Shown here: positions 18,531 through 27,768 of the stretch, in pieces
How the letters are laid out: every line of letters starts with the position of its first letter
Numbering within the stretch: the first letter of the stretch is position 1
NCBI GenBank assembly: GCA_965237525.1
Contig: CBDEFO010000008.1
Coordinates: forward strand, 1,912,494-1,976,493
Direction: 5' to 3'
Origin: Candidatus Latescibacterota bacterium
GTDB lineage: Bacteria; Latescibacterota; CBDEFO01
Length of the DNA stretch: 64,000 nt
Position numbers and translations under genes: made by a program
Notes under the pieces: model-generated
Databases searched by the model: none
What the model saw: only the letters and a program-made list of their open reading frames with translations
What the model was told of the DNA's origin: nothing

Positions 18531-19709
18531 CTAACCCTGCGGATCGACCCAGCGTCCGTCTGATTTGATGAGCTTGACGAGCTCTTCCACGCCCTTCTCC
18601 TGGTCCACGCCGGGCTTTATGCACTCTATCCCCCGGTAGAGGGCTATCTGACCACCGGCCTTCCCGACGTAGCCGTAGTCAGCGCCGGCCATCTCGCCCG
18701 GGCCGTTAACGATGCAGCCCATAACCGCAATGTCCAGACCGACGAGGTGATCTGTCGCCGCCCTGACCTTGGCCAGGACCTCCTCCAGGTCAAATTTGGT
18801 GCGGCCACAGGAGGGGCAGGCGATGAACTCGACCTTCGTGCGACGCAAACCCAGAGCTTGAAGAATGTCGTAGCAGACAGGGATCTCGTTGACCGGGTCT
18901 TCCGTAAGAGAGACACGGATAGTGTCTCCGATGCCCTCCCAGAGGAGTGTGCCGATTCCGGCTGTGGACTTGATCCGGGCGTACTGGCCGTCGCCGGCCT
19001 CTGTGACGCCCAAATGGAGAGGGTAATCCATCCCTTCCTCGTCCATGCGTTGCACCATGAGCCGGTTGGCCTGGATCATCACGGGCACGCGAGACGCCTT
19101 CAGAGAAATTACCAGATTCCCGTAATCGTGTCTTTCACAGATCCGTACAAACTCCAGCGCCGACTCGACCATCCCCTCCGGTGTATCGCCGTAGGTGACC
19201 ATCATGCGGTCTGAAAGAGAGCCGTGATTTACGCCTATGCGCATGGCTATATCTCGCTCTTTGCACGCCTCTATGACAGGCTTCATCTCCTCCTGGATGG
19301 AGCCGACGGCCTCCCGGAATTCCTCTTGTGAGTACTCTTCGCCCTCTGTGCGCTTTTGATAGACAAAGAGGCCGGGGTTGACCCGCACCTTGTCCACATG
19401 CTTTGCGGCCTCAAGTGCGATCCGGGAGCCCTGGTGATGAACGTCTGCCACAAGGGGCACCTGGATGCCTATTCGCGTCAGTTCCTCCCTGATTCGACCG
19501 AGGCACTCTGCGTCCCTTAAAGTCGGAGTCGTGACCCGGACGATCTCACAACCGGCTTCGTAAAGGCGGACTATGGATTTTACACAGGCATCTATATTTC
19601 GGGTATCGTCTGTTATCATAGATTGAACGACAATAGGATTATGGCCGCCGATGACGACATCTCCGACCGCCACCTCGCGGGTCCTGCGGCGAGCATAAAG
19701 AGTTTCCAT
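18531..19709 (-). CDS. ispG: 4-hydroxy-3-methylbut-2-enyl diphosphate synthase (flavodoxin), IspG/GcpE
   Basis: 392-aa ORF with IspG N-terminal TIM-barrel ([11 protein letters not shown]) and C-terminal 4Fe-4S domain (CPSCGR...C). Confidence 0.9.
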   Translation of the reverse strand: METLYARRRTREVAVGDVVIGGHNPIVVQSMITDDTRNIDACVKSIVRLYEAGCEIVRVTTPTLRDAECLGRIREELTRIGIQVPLVADVHHQGSRIALEAAKHVDKVRVNPGLFVYQKRTEGEEYSQEEFREAVGSIQEEMKPVIEACKERDIAMRIGVNHGSLSDRMMVTYGDTPEGMVESALEFVRICERHDYGNLVISLKASRVPVMIQANRLMVQRMDEEGMDYPLHLGVTEAGDGQYARIKSTAGIGTLLWEGIGDTIRVSLTEDPVNEIPVCYDILQALGLRRTKVEFIACPSCGRTKFDLEEVLAKVRAATDHLVGLDIAVMGCIVNGPGEMAGADYGYVGKAGGQIALYRGIECIKPGVDQEKGVEELVKLIKSDGRWVDPQG

Positions 19710-19922
19710 TGACTCTGCACTCCTTCGTATCGAACACCAACGAAATTGCCACCGGCAATTTGGGCGAAGGGGCGCATGCCCCGAAGCCGTTAGTGCTCAG
19801 TTATGCACTGGCAGCCCCCTTAACCCTTAACAGCAGATGTCCTCAAAGAGAAACCATAAAACAGACGGTATACTTTTCGAAATAGTAAAAAAGGCTTGTT
19901 TCAAGACGTATGATCTGCCCTT

Positions 19923-20759
19923 CTATAAAGCTTTGAGAACGTAGTACAAATTCTCCAATTCTCCACTTATGTGAGTATCCATCGACACGAATCTGTAGCG
20001 CTCATCATATATTGCCGCTAGTTTAAACCTGCCAGACTTATGAACAAGACTTGTGAAATCTTCAAAAAACCAAAGCCGTAGCGTATGGCGCTCCTCTAAT
20101 CGAATCTCGTTGTCGTGATCATTGATTTCCATTCTGCAAATCTGGTAACTGATCTTTTTCCGCTTATCTTCTCTTTCAATACGCCAGGCTGTTTTTACGC
20201 GAATCCCATCCCTTTCCATGCTCCATTCGTCTCCGCCGTAGGATTCCGTATCATAAGCACAGCTAAGGTGAAGGATGTAGATTCCATTACTTTTCAGTGA
20301 TTCACCTGTATTGACCAAGTGTGAAAGCATATCCTTATCCGAGAGGAGGTATCCTAAACTATTGATTGAATTGAGAGCCGCATCAAAGGTTGCCTCGAAT
20401 CTTGCTGACTTCATGTCTTCTCTTTGAACGGTTGCCACACTCTGCAATCCTGCTTCAGCGATCTTCTTTTGAGCATAGGCGACCATTCGTGGACTACTAT
20501 CATATCCTGTTACATGATATCCATATTTGGGCAGACTCCTGAGAAAACGGCCTGTACCGCATGCAGGCTCCAAGATGTGCTTCACTTCAAAGGGAACATA
20601 TCTCTTGAAGAGAGTCCCCAAGAACTCAATCTCTTGAGAGATGTCCCAGAAGAAGGCGATATCGTAAATCTCTGGGAGGCTGTATAATTTTGCCTGCATC
20701 GTCCTTTTTTTCCTGTGCTCAAGGAAATCACTCAAAAAGAAAATCTTGGTGATCAACAA
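19923..20759 (-). CDS. Class I SAM-dependent methyltransferase
   Basis: Motif I LEPACGTGRFL. Start may be the internal M (MQAKLY, ~20699). Confidence 0.7.
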   Translation of the reverse strand: MLITKIFFLSDFLEHRKKRTMQAKLYSLPEIYDIAFFWDISQEIEFLGTLFKRYVPFEVKHILEPACGTGRFLRSLPKYGYHVTGYDSSPRMVAYAQKKIAEAGLQSVATVQREDMKSARFEATFDAALNSINSLGYLLSDKDMLSHLVNTGESLKSNGIYILHLSCAYDTESYGGDEWSMERDGIRVKTAWRIEREDKRKKISYQICRMEINDHDNEIRLEERHTLRLWFFEDFTSLVHKSGRFKLAAIYDERYRFVSMDTHISGELENLYYVLKAL

Positions 20760-20802
20760 GCAAATCTTGAGCTTCTCGCATGTCTTTACTGCATGTGCAC
20801 AA

Positions 20803-21375
20803 CTATTTGATAGCTGACATCAGTTTCCTTACAGCCTCACCTCTGTGGCTGATCTTGTTCTTTAGACTTCGATCCATCTGCGCCAGCGTTAGTCCCAGCT
20901 CGGGTATCAAGAATAGTGGATCGTACCCGAATCCACTCGTTCCTTTTCGTTTTTCTATTATTATCCCCTCCAAGGTCCCCTCTGCCGTCGCCGTATCTCC
21001 AGAAGGATAACAGAGCGCAACCACGCACTTAAACTGAGCTGTCCTTTCCTTTAAGGGCACGTCTTTGATCATTTGCAATAGCTTCGCGTTGTTTTCATCG
21101 TCTGTGGCATCTTCTCCCGCAAAGCGGGAGGACATAACGCCGGGCGCACCGCACAGGGCGTCCACCTCAAGCCCCGAATCGTCAGCCAACGCGGGCATAT
21201 TCAGATGCTCAGATAGGGCCTTTGCCTTCTTTATAGCGTTCTCTTTGAAAGTAGCGCCGTCCTCCTCTATCTGGGGGATGCCCGAAAAATCGGCCAGGGA
21301 AAGTATATCGCACCGGGAGCCCAAAATCTGCGCGATCTCCCCAATCTTTTCTCTATTTTTTGTCGCCAAAACGAG
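20803..21375 (-). CDS. rdgB: Non-canonical purine NTP pyrophosphatase RdgB/HAM1
   Basis: …RLVLATKNREKIGEI… …PALADDSGLEVDAL.GAPGV.S.R… …GFGYDPLF… collinear with E. coli RdgB. The annotated 5' extension (to 21444) translates a REP copy, so the true start is probably a TTG/GTG just downstream of it. Confidence 0.75.
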   Translation of the reverse strand, partial: LVLATKNREKIGEIAQILGSRCDILSLADFSGIPQIEEDGATFKENAIKKAKALSEHLNMPALADDSGLEVDALCGAPGVMSSRFAGEDATDDENNAKLLQMIKDVPLKERTAQFKCVVALCYPSGDTATAEGTLEGIIIEKRKGTSGFGYDPLFLIPELGLTLAQMDRSLKNKISHRGEAVRKLMSAIK

Positions 21376-21388
21376 ACGGAGCCGCCCT

Positions 21389-21421
21389 CCCCGATTGCTT
21401 CTATCGGGGATCAATCGTGGG
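21389..21421. repeat. REP-like palindrome (forward) plus half-repeat
   Basis: CCCCGATTGCTTCTATCGGGGATCAATCGTGGG. Confidence 0.6.
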
Positions 21422-21568
21422 TCGACCTTTTTTCCTTTCTCCATAGAGAATCCAATCAGAAATGGGCGTTTCTGGCGTATTGAGAATGGTTCGCCTTAAA
21501 TGACAGACGGGGGACGTAATCCCCCGTCTTCTTTCCTTTTGCGGTCTATAGAAATTAGGCGCGAAGAT

Positions 21569-21847
21569 TCAAATGTGACGTTCTTCGCTAAAATAGGTCG
21601 CTGATGAACTTTCATGATGGTCCAGCGTGATCAATCCATCGGTCGCCGGAATTTTAAGGTGAATTATCCAGCCCTCGATCTTCTTGCCTCTGATGTGTAC
21701 AGTCTTACGTTCCTTTTTTAATACCACGGCGTCGTCCCTGAGCGCTGCCATGGTCCTATCATCCTTGTCGTCTATACAGAAATAGGAATGAATCTTCCAG
21801 TCTCTTATATTCTCATTGGCTTCGGCGTTATCAGACATAGCAGACAC
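21569..21847 (-). CDS. Hypothetical small protein
   Basis: 92-aa ORF, no recognisable motif. Confidence 0.35.
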   Translation of the reverse strand: MSAMSDNAEANENIRDWKIHSYFCIDDKDDRTMAALRDDAVVLKKERKTVHIRGKKIEGWIIHLKIPATDGLITLDHHESSSATYFSEERHI

Positions 21848-22095
21848 CTCTTTTCAGAACTGCGCTGGAGTTTGAATCTCCTGTAAAAACAGCTCATTAT
21901 CGTTCAAACTATCCTTTTAATCGTCATCATCAACCGCGATGGCCTCTCTTTAGGGGCCTGTGCTTTAAGATTTGCCCAAACGAAAGCCCCTTGTGCCGAT
22001 TACGCAAGGCGGCTCTCGCCCCAGTCATTCACCGCTGCCCTTACCGGCGCAATTCCATTTAAAGAAAGTCACGTTGTCACCTGCCGCTGTCTATT

Positions 22096-22782
22096 TTATA
22101 GGCCGATAGAACGTGCGCTCTTGCTGAATCCCAGAAGTAGCTTACTTAACGCAGGATGTTCAAATATCGTAATATTTATTAGAGCAGAAATCGCTGCCTT
22201 GGCATCCAGGATCTCTGACAGGAGTTCTGGGAGTTTTTCTTCTCCTTCCTCCCAGATTTCCTTTATTTCTTCGTAAACTTCCCGTCTTATATCAGCAGAA
22301 GAATGTCCATCTAACTTGGCGCTTAAATAGTTCACAATTCCTTGAAACTCATCTCTATCCAACCAGATACCGTGACAATCTGGGCACCAATCGATAATGA
22401 TAGTAGAATCCCCAAAATTAGTAGATACTAATTTGACTCCCTCGCATTCTGGGCATACACGGTTTGATGGAATTGCATTGGCCTTCTCGATAGCCTCAAC
22501 TTCGTCATCCATCCAGCTTAACGTGCGCCATGAGCCTTTCTGAGCTTTGTCCTTCAGTTTTCGTAGTTCATCCCTATCCAGGAAAATGCCTTTGCAATAG
22601 GGGCAGCCATCTATCTCCATGCCATAGACTGTGTATAGATTAAGAGTAGTTTTACATACTGGACATATTTTTGTAGTCTGTGCTGTGAATTTAGCGTTTT
22701 CTATCGGAGGAACTGTACTGCCCCCCAGAAAAGCGACATCAATTAAGCAACTTGGGGTAGCAGATAAAATTGTTTTCTCCAC
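22096..22782 (-). CDS. Tandem TFIIB-type zinc-ribbon (zf-TFIIB, C-x2-C…C-x2-C-G-x-[FW]LD) protein
   Basis: Two C..C…C..CKG.FLDRDEL / C.DCHGIWLDRDEF units. The first 21 codons (22719..22782) lie inside the IS3 remnant, so the start is uncertain or IS-provided. Confidence 0.55.
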   Translation of the reverse strand: MEKTILSATPSCLIDVAFLGGSTVPPIENAKFTAQTTKICPVCKTTLNLYTVYGMEIDGCPYCKGIFLDRDELRKLKDKAQKGSWRTLSWMDDEVEAIEKANAIPSNRVCPECEGVKLVSTNFGDSTIIIDWCPDCHGIWLDRDEFQGIVNYLSAKLDGHSSADIRREVYEEIKEIWEEGEEKLPELLSEILDAKAAISALINITIFEHPALSKLLLGFSKSARSIGL

Positions 22783-23626
22783 TCTTCCGGGGTCTTGTAT
22801 CCCAGAGATGAATGAAGCCAGTTCTTGTTGTAATTATCGATCCACTGAGATATGATCTTCTCAGCTTGTTCAAAGGGCTTGAAATTGTGAAGCCACACAC
22901 ACTCCTGCTTGAGGGTCCTGAAAAAACGTTCTATGACCCCGTTCCAATCGGCCTTTACGCTCGGAATATATTCTTGACGAATGTCCCAATATTCGGTACT
23001 TGCCAAATAGGCCCGAGCCAAAAAGATGGAACCATTGTCAGAGCGCAAAGTGAGACCCTGGGGGACAGCCTCCTTGGAGGTGTATCGAGAGATCACGGCC
23101 CGATCCAGGGCATCTATGGCCTCCAACGCCCTTCCTCTTTTACTAAGACGATACCCAGGAACCTCCCGGCTTCCGTTGTCCACCACCGCAATAAGAGGAC
23201 ACCAACCATCTTTTCCACAGTAAATCTTTGTCAAGTCACTCGACCACAAACTGTCGGGACTATCCACCACAGAACGCTTCTGGGCAACCTGTGGCCCCTT
23301 TCTCCCGGGGTCCCCGATTGATTCTATCGGGGATTCCACAGCTTACACTGCCACCCCTTAAGCTTCATTATCCTATGAACCTTCTTGACGTTGCCACATT
23401 CCCCTTCCTTGAAACGAAGATGCGCCCAAACCCGCCTGTGACCAAATGCCTCTTCTTGGTCCAGTATCCCTCGAATACGAAAGGCAAGCTCCTCATCTAT
23501 CACAGGCTCTTTAACAGAAGAACTGACACCTCTATCCCTAAACCTATACAGAGTCGAACGATGAAAACCCAAAGCCAAAGCTACCACCTTGCGGGAATAG
23601 CCTCGACCCCAAAACCGCCCACTCAA
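22743..23626 (-). pseudogene. IS3 OrfB (DDE integrase) split by a REP-like insertion
   Basis: 100-aa N-terminal fragment (…HRIMKLKGWQCKLWNPR*) and 198-aa C-terminal fragment are separated by the REP at 23312..23332. Removing 20 (or 23) nt there fuses them in frame. Confidence 0.75.
23312..23332. repeat. REP-like palindrome (forward) inside IS3 orfB
   Basis: CCCCGATTGATTCTATCGGGG. Confidence 0.7.
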
Positions 23627-23935
23627 GGAAACCGCTTCGTTTTTTTTAGACGGGCTACCTCTTCGAGTATCTCCAACTGGAGCGTCAACTGCCCTACCTT
23701 GCGCTCCAACCGGCTAACCTCTCGCTCCTTCGGATCCTTGCGACCACGCCGAGACTTCAGACTCTCCTGGCCCCCTTCTAAGAAACTATCACTCCAAAGC
23801 ATACGCCTGCGACTGGCTAATTCCATTCTTACGACACACCTCAGATAGATCTGCTCCTCTCAAAAAAGCCAACACAATCTCTCCCTTACGGGTCGCCGTC
23901 CAGCGCTTACCATCTTTCACTTCGGGGCTCGACAC
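23623..23935 (-). pseudogene. IS3 OrfA (HTH + leucine zipper), internally frameshifted
   Basis: GTG start at 23935. HTH part …LRGADLSEVCRKNGISQSQAYALE stops; the zipper part is in the +1 frame (LERKVGQLTLQLEILEEVARLKK). Confidence 0.6.
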
Positions 23936-23983
23936 CTTGACCTCCTTTCTCAAACCCCAATTTGCAAAATATTTGTCGCCCTG

Positions 23984-24478
23984 TCAAGGGGAGCGGTATG
24001 GAACATCTACTTCAAAATCAGTTTGGCTGCTCTTTCTTCTTACTCGTTTATACCAATAAGGCAGGTGTACATTGTTGACGAATTCCGAGAATCCTCTACC
24101 TGTAACAGGCATTATGTTTGTCAGTTCTCTATTTGCTAAATCGAGTTCACCGCCATCTAACCAGAAACCGCCGCAGTTTCTGCAGCGATCCAACACTATA
24201 TCGCTATGATCCAGAAAGAACACCTTATCTAAAATGGTCTCCTCACATCTTGGACATTTTACTGTAACTTCGGAGATGCCTTCAGCCCTATCTTTGGCAT
24301 CTCTGGAGGAGTATTCAATACTTCCAGTTACATGGAAGGCCATCTTGTCTAACTCACCAGCATCCAGCCAAAGACTCCCACAGGCGTCGCAAATATCGTA
24401 AGATATCTGTTTAAGCTGCACAAACTTAGTCTGTACAAGATTGTTGATCATTTCCTCATTACAATTTAAACACTTCAT
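23984..24478 (-). CDS. Tandem TFIIB-type zinc-ribbon protein (paralog of 22096..22782)
   Basis: Two C.NC…C..CGS.WLDAGELDK / CP.C…C.NCGGFWLDGGELD units. Confidence 0.6.
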   Translation of the reverse strand: MKCLNCNEEMINNLVQTKFVQLKQISYDICDACGSLWLDAGELDKMAFHVTGSIEYSSRDAKDRAEGISEVTVKCPRCEETILDKVFFLDHSDIVLDRCRNCGGFWLDGGELDLANRELTNIMPVTGRGFSEFVNNVHLPYWYKRVRRKSSQTDFEVDVPYRSP

Positions 24479-24871
24479 TGCAATATCTCATCCTCTAAAT
24501 CTTCAGGTTTCGTATGTTGTCTTCCACTTTTAATAGAGATCCTTGTATCATACCGTATTGACTGGGTAATGATCTTAACTCTATTTTATCCCTCTGACCT
24601 CCGTGTCTCTAAGGTGAGTAATCCTAACGGTTCAGGGATGCCTCCAAATGTTGAGTCTCTCCAATTTGAAGCTCTTTTTCTGACTTAAATATATGTAATC
24701 TGATCCGTATCCGCAAATATTTTTTGACTATCTATCTGGATTCTTCCTGCATCGCTGTGCCTGGCTTTTTCTATGTTTTTTCATTTTCCCTTTACTTGGA
24801 TTTGATTTTTTGTTATTTTTCTATCAATGCCACATTGTCTTCAATTTCACAATATGAAAACGGAGGTTTGC

Positions 24872-25348
24872 ATGTCAGTTGACTATCCGCAGATGAACCA
24901 CGTCTTCGATAAGCTCTGCATCAGCGACAGCAATTGGGCTTTTGACCTGAATAATCTGAAACGGGAGGGCGTAGAGGCAGTTATCTGTATAACTCGAGAG
25001 TCCCCCGGAGACGGCGTCGAGGACGCAGCTTATCCCGCAGAGTATCTGCACTATCTCAAGGATTATCTGCATTTTCCTATCGAGGACGCTTATCCCCTTC
25101 CCGAATATATAATCTCCAAATCCTTAGATTTCATCGGTGAAAACTTGTCCTCAGGCAGGAATGTCCTTGTCCACTGCACCGGAGGTGCCAGCAGGTCAGT
25201 CGCGCTTGCCCTATGCCATCTTTTTAGAATGGGAATGGGATTCGATGAAGCTCAGCAATTCTTGAAGGCAAAAAGGCCTCAGGCTATCTTTAGAGACGAA
25301 TTGATGTCCTCCATAAAGGAATATTTCAATATTTCCAATATTTCTTAG
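24872..25348 (+). CDS. Dual-specificity (Cys-based) protein phosphatase, copy 1
   Basis: P-loop VHCTGGASRS (C-x5-R). GGAGG 6-7 nt upstream of ATG. Confidence 0.75.
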   Translation: MSVDYPQMNHVFDKLCISDSNWAFDLNNLKREGVEAVICITRESPGDGVEDAAYPAEYLHYLKDYLHFPIEDAYPLPEYIISKSLDFIGENLSSGRNVLVHCTGGASRSVALALCHLFRMGMGFDEAQQFLKAKRPQAIFRDELMSSIKEYFNISNIS

Positions 25349-25586
25349 TATAGTGGGAACGCAGCAGGGTCCCTATTAGGCTTCAGAAAAATCCTTGAAT
25401 TGTCACACCTTGCCCAGAAGCTTTTCTTGACTATCACAGCCATAGTATTTATCAGTATCGTCATGCGCTTGATCTTGACTTGTTATACCTTTTTCAGCTT
25501 TCCACTACCTGAATTTGATTTTTTTGTTGTCTTTCTATCAAAGTCATATTATCGTTGATTCCGCCAAGAGGAAAACGGAGGCTCAG

Positions 25587-26054
25587 ATGCCAGTTGCCAA
25601 TCAACCGATGAACCACGTGTTCGATAAGCTGTGCATCAGCAACAGCAAGTGGGCTTTTGACCTGGATAATCTGAAACGTGAGGGCATAGAGGCAATTATC
25701 TGCATAACACGACAATGCCCTGGAGACGGCCTCGAGGACGAATCTTATCCCGCCAGGTATCTCCACTATCTCAGCGACTATCTCCACTTTCCCATCAATG
25801 ACGGCTTTCCGCTTCCGGGACACATTATATCCAAATCCTTGGATTTCATGGAAGAGAACTTATCCTCAGGAAGGAAAGTCCTTGTGCACTGCACTGCCGG
25901 AGCCAGCAGGTCAGTCGCCCTTGTCCTTTGCCACCTTTTAACCCTGGGGATGGGATTCGATGAAGCTCAGCGTTTCTTGGAGGAGAAGCGACCTCAGGCC
26001 GTCTTTTTTGACGAATTGATGTCCTCCGTAAGGCAGTATTTCAACATTTCATAG
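25587..26054 (+). CDS. Dual-specificity protein phosphatase, copy 2 (tandem paralog)
   Basis: VHCTAGASRS P-loop. ~75% aa identity to copy 1. The upstream ~80 bp are also duplicated. Confidence 0.75.
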   Translation: MPVANQPMNHVFDKLCISNSKWAFDLDNLKREGIEAIICITRQCPGDGLEDESYPARYLHYLSDYLHFPINDGFPLPGHIISKSLDFMEENLSSGRKVLVHCTAGASRSVALVLCHLLTLGMGFDEAQRFLEEKRPQAVFFDELMSSVRQYFNIS

Positions 26055-26199
26055 TACAGTCAGAACACGGGCAGGCTCCGACAAGGGTTCGGTAGAATTT
26101 TTGATTCGTCCTACCCATTGCCCAGAAGTTTTTCTTGACTATCACACTTAATTTATCTATCATAAATGGCCTGCACCCATCTGTGAGGCGTCATAGCGT

Positions 26200-26273
26200 G
26201 CCCCCGTAGCTCAGGTGGATAGAGCAAAGGATTCCTAATCCTTGTGTCGCGTGTTCGAGTCGCGCCGGGGGTA
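26200..26273 (+). tRNA. tRNA-Arg (anticodon CCU)
   Basis: Cloverleaf GCCCCCG / D-arm GCTCAGGTGGATAGAGC / anticodon loop TTCCTAA / T-arm GCGTGTTCGAGTCGCGC / acceptor CGGGGGT plus A. CCA not encoded. Confidence 0.8.
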
Positions 26274-26715
26274 CTCTCACTCTACCAAGAAAAGCCCATA
26301 AAATCATAGACTTGCGGGCTTAGTGTATTTGTCGTTATTTTCCATTAAGTCGCAACAATCATTCGCAATTGTCACTTTTTGTCCCCAAATTATTAGCAGA
26401 AACCGACAGGGAGTTTTTCGGTTTCCTCTCCAGAACCCCTAAATCCGGCTTGAGAAACTGGTTCAATTATTCAGAGTCCGGTTTCCTCGCTTCCACCGGC
26501 GATGCCCAACTATCCCTCAACGAGGACTGCGCTATCAACTCATTTTTCGCATAGATCTCTTGTGTACGACGATGCTTTTTCTATTGACAGATCTGGAAGG
26601 TTCCGTACCTTATGAGCTATAGCATAGCGATCTGTCCGCCGTCTCTATGGGGGATAGAGCACTATATGGGGCAGGCGGCATTCCGGGGTGGTTTCCCCCT
26701 GAAAGGAGATTTCCC

Positions 26716-27768
26716 ATGAGTTCGATCAAAAATTCAGATCCGTACAGGCAGCGTAAGCGCGAGGCTACGGAGACCAAAATCCTGGCCACAGCTCCGATTG
26801 ACCCGATCATCTGCAAGGGGTTGGGCAGGCTTTATCCGGTACTGTTCGCTGAAAATGACCATCGCGAAACCCTGCTTGCCCTGATGCCGGGAACAATTTG
26901 CTTGATCAGTCGAGGCCTGGCTCACATTGACGGTGAAATTATGGATGCCAGCAGCGATCTGCTGGTGATCAGCCGGACGGGTGCCGGCTATGAAAACGTG
27001 GACATTGAGGCTGCTACAAAGCGCGGCATCCCCGTGGTCTATGCGCCGTTGCTCGGTGAAGCGGTGGCGGAGGCCACCTTCGCAATGATCTTAGCACTTA
27101 CCAAGCGGTTGTTTTACTGGCACGAATCGTTGATCAGCGGCCAATGGGACCGGAGGATCACCGAGCGTACCGAAGAACTGTACGAAAAAACCATCGGCAT
27201 TGTCGGTCTTGGCAGGATCGGCAGAGAGGTCGCCAAGCGAGCCAAAGCCTTCGGCATGCGAATCGTGGCCCATGATCCGTACGTTGGAAAGGAGCAGGCC
27301 AGTGAACTGCAGGTGGAATTAAAATCTCTTGACGACCTGTTGGAAAGCTCGGACATCGTCACTCTGCACGCTCTGGTCACGCCCGAGACGAGGGCGATGA
27401 TCAACCGCTCGAACATAGTCAGGATAAAGCGAGGCGCTTATCTGGTCAACTTCGGGCGAGGCGCTTTGATTGAGAACCTGGACATTCTGTACGAGGCCCT
27501 GGAAGACGGACGTCTCGCCGGGGTGGGTCTGGACGTGTTCCCGGATGAACCGCCTACCAATCTCGACCATCCGCTCTTTTCACATCCGAATTTCATCGGC
27601 TCCCCGCATATCCTGGCAGCTACCAGCGCCAACGAGGCACGCTGTGCCCGATCGGTCTGCAAAGACGTGACGGCTGTGCTCGGTGGGCAAAGACCCCGGT
27701 GGTGCGTCAATCCAGAAGTGTTCGACTCGCCACAACTGCGTTCACCAGGAAAAGGCCATGTGGGATAA
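26716..27768 (+). CDS. D-isomer-specific 2-hydroxyacid dehydrogenase family (PGDH/GyaR-like)
   Basis: NAD-binding GIVGLGRIGREVA…AFGMRIVAHDP. Catalytic R/E/H arrangement. Confidence 0.75.
   Translation: MSSIKNSDPYRQRKREATETKILATAPIDPIICKGLGRLYPVLFAENDHRETLLALMPGTICLISRGLAHIDGEIMDASSDLLVISRTGAGYENVDIEAATKRGIPVVYAPLLGEAVAEATFAMILALTKRLFYWHESLISGQWDRRITERTEELYEKTIGIVGLGRIGREVAKRAKAFGMRIVAHDPYVGKEQASELQVELKSLDDLLESSDIVTLHALVTPETRAMINRSNIVRIKRGAYLVNFGRGALIENLDILYEALEDGRLAGVGLDVFPDEPPTNLDHPLFSHPNFIGSPHILAATSANEARCARSVCKDVTAVLGGQRPRWCVNPEVFDSPQLRSPGKGHVG

Larger units (their letters stand above)
22719..23986 (-). mobile_element. Degenerate IS3-family element
   Basis: Ends TG…CA with imperfect TIRs (TGACAGGGCGACAAATATTTTGCAAATTGGGG vs TGCCCCCCAGAAAAGCGACATCAATTAAGCAACTTGGGG). 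OrfA with HTH and leucine zipper. A8 slippery run. OrfB with DDE integrase core (SDNGSIF, ERFFRTLKQE). Confidence 0.75.

Noticed and set aside
19710-19922. Possible riboswitch or leader in the ispG 5' region (GGGGCGCATGCCCC hairpin)
   Set aside because: No match to any riboswitch consensus I can recognise by eye, and ispG is not known to be riboswitch-controlled. Mentioned only as a structured leader.
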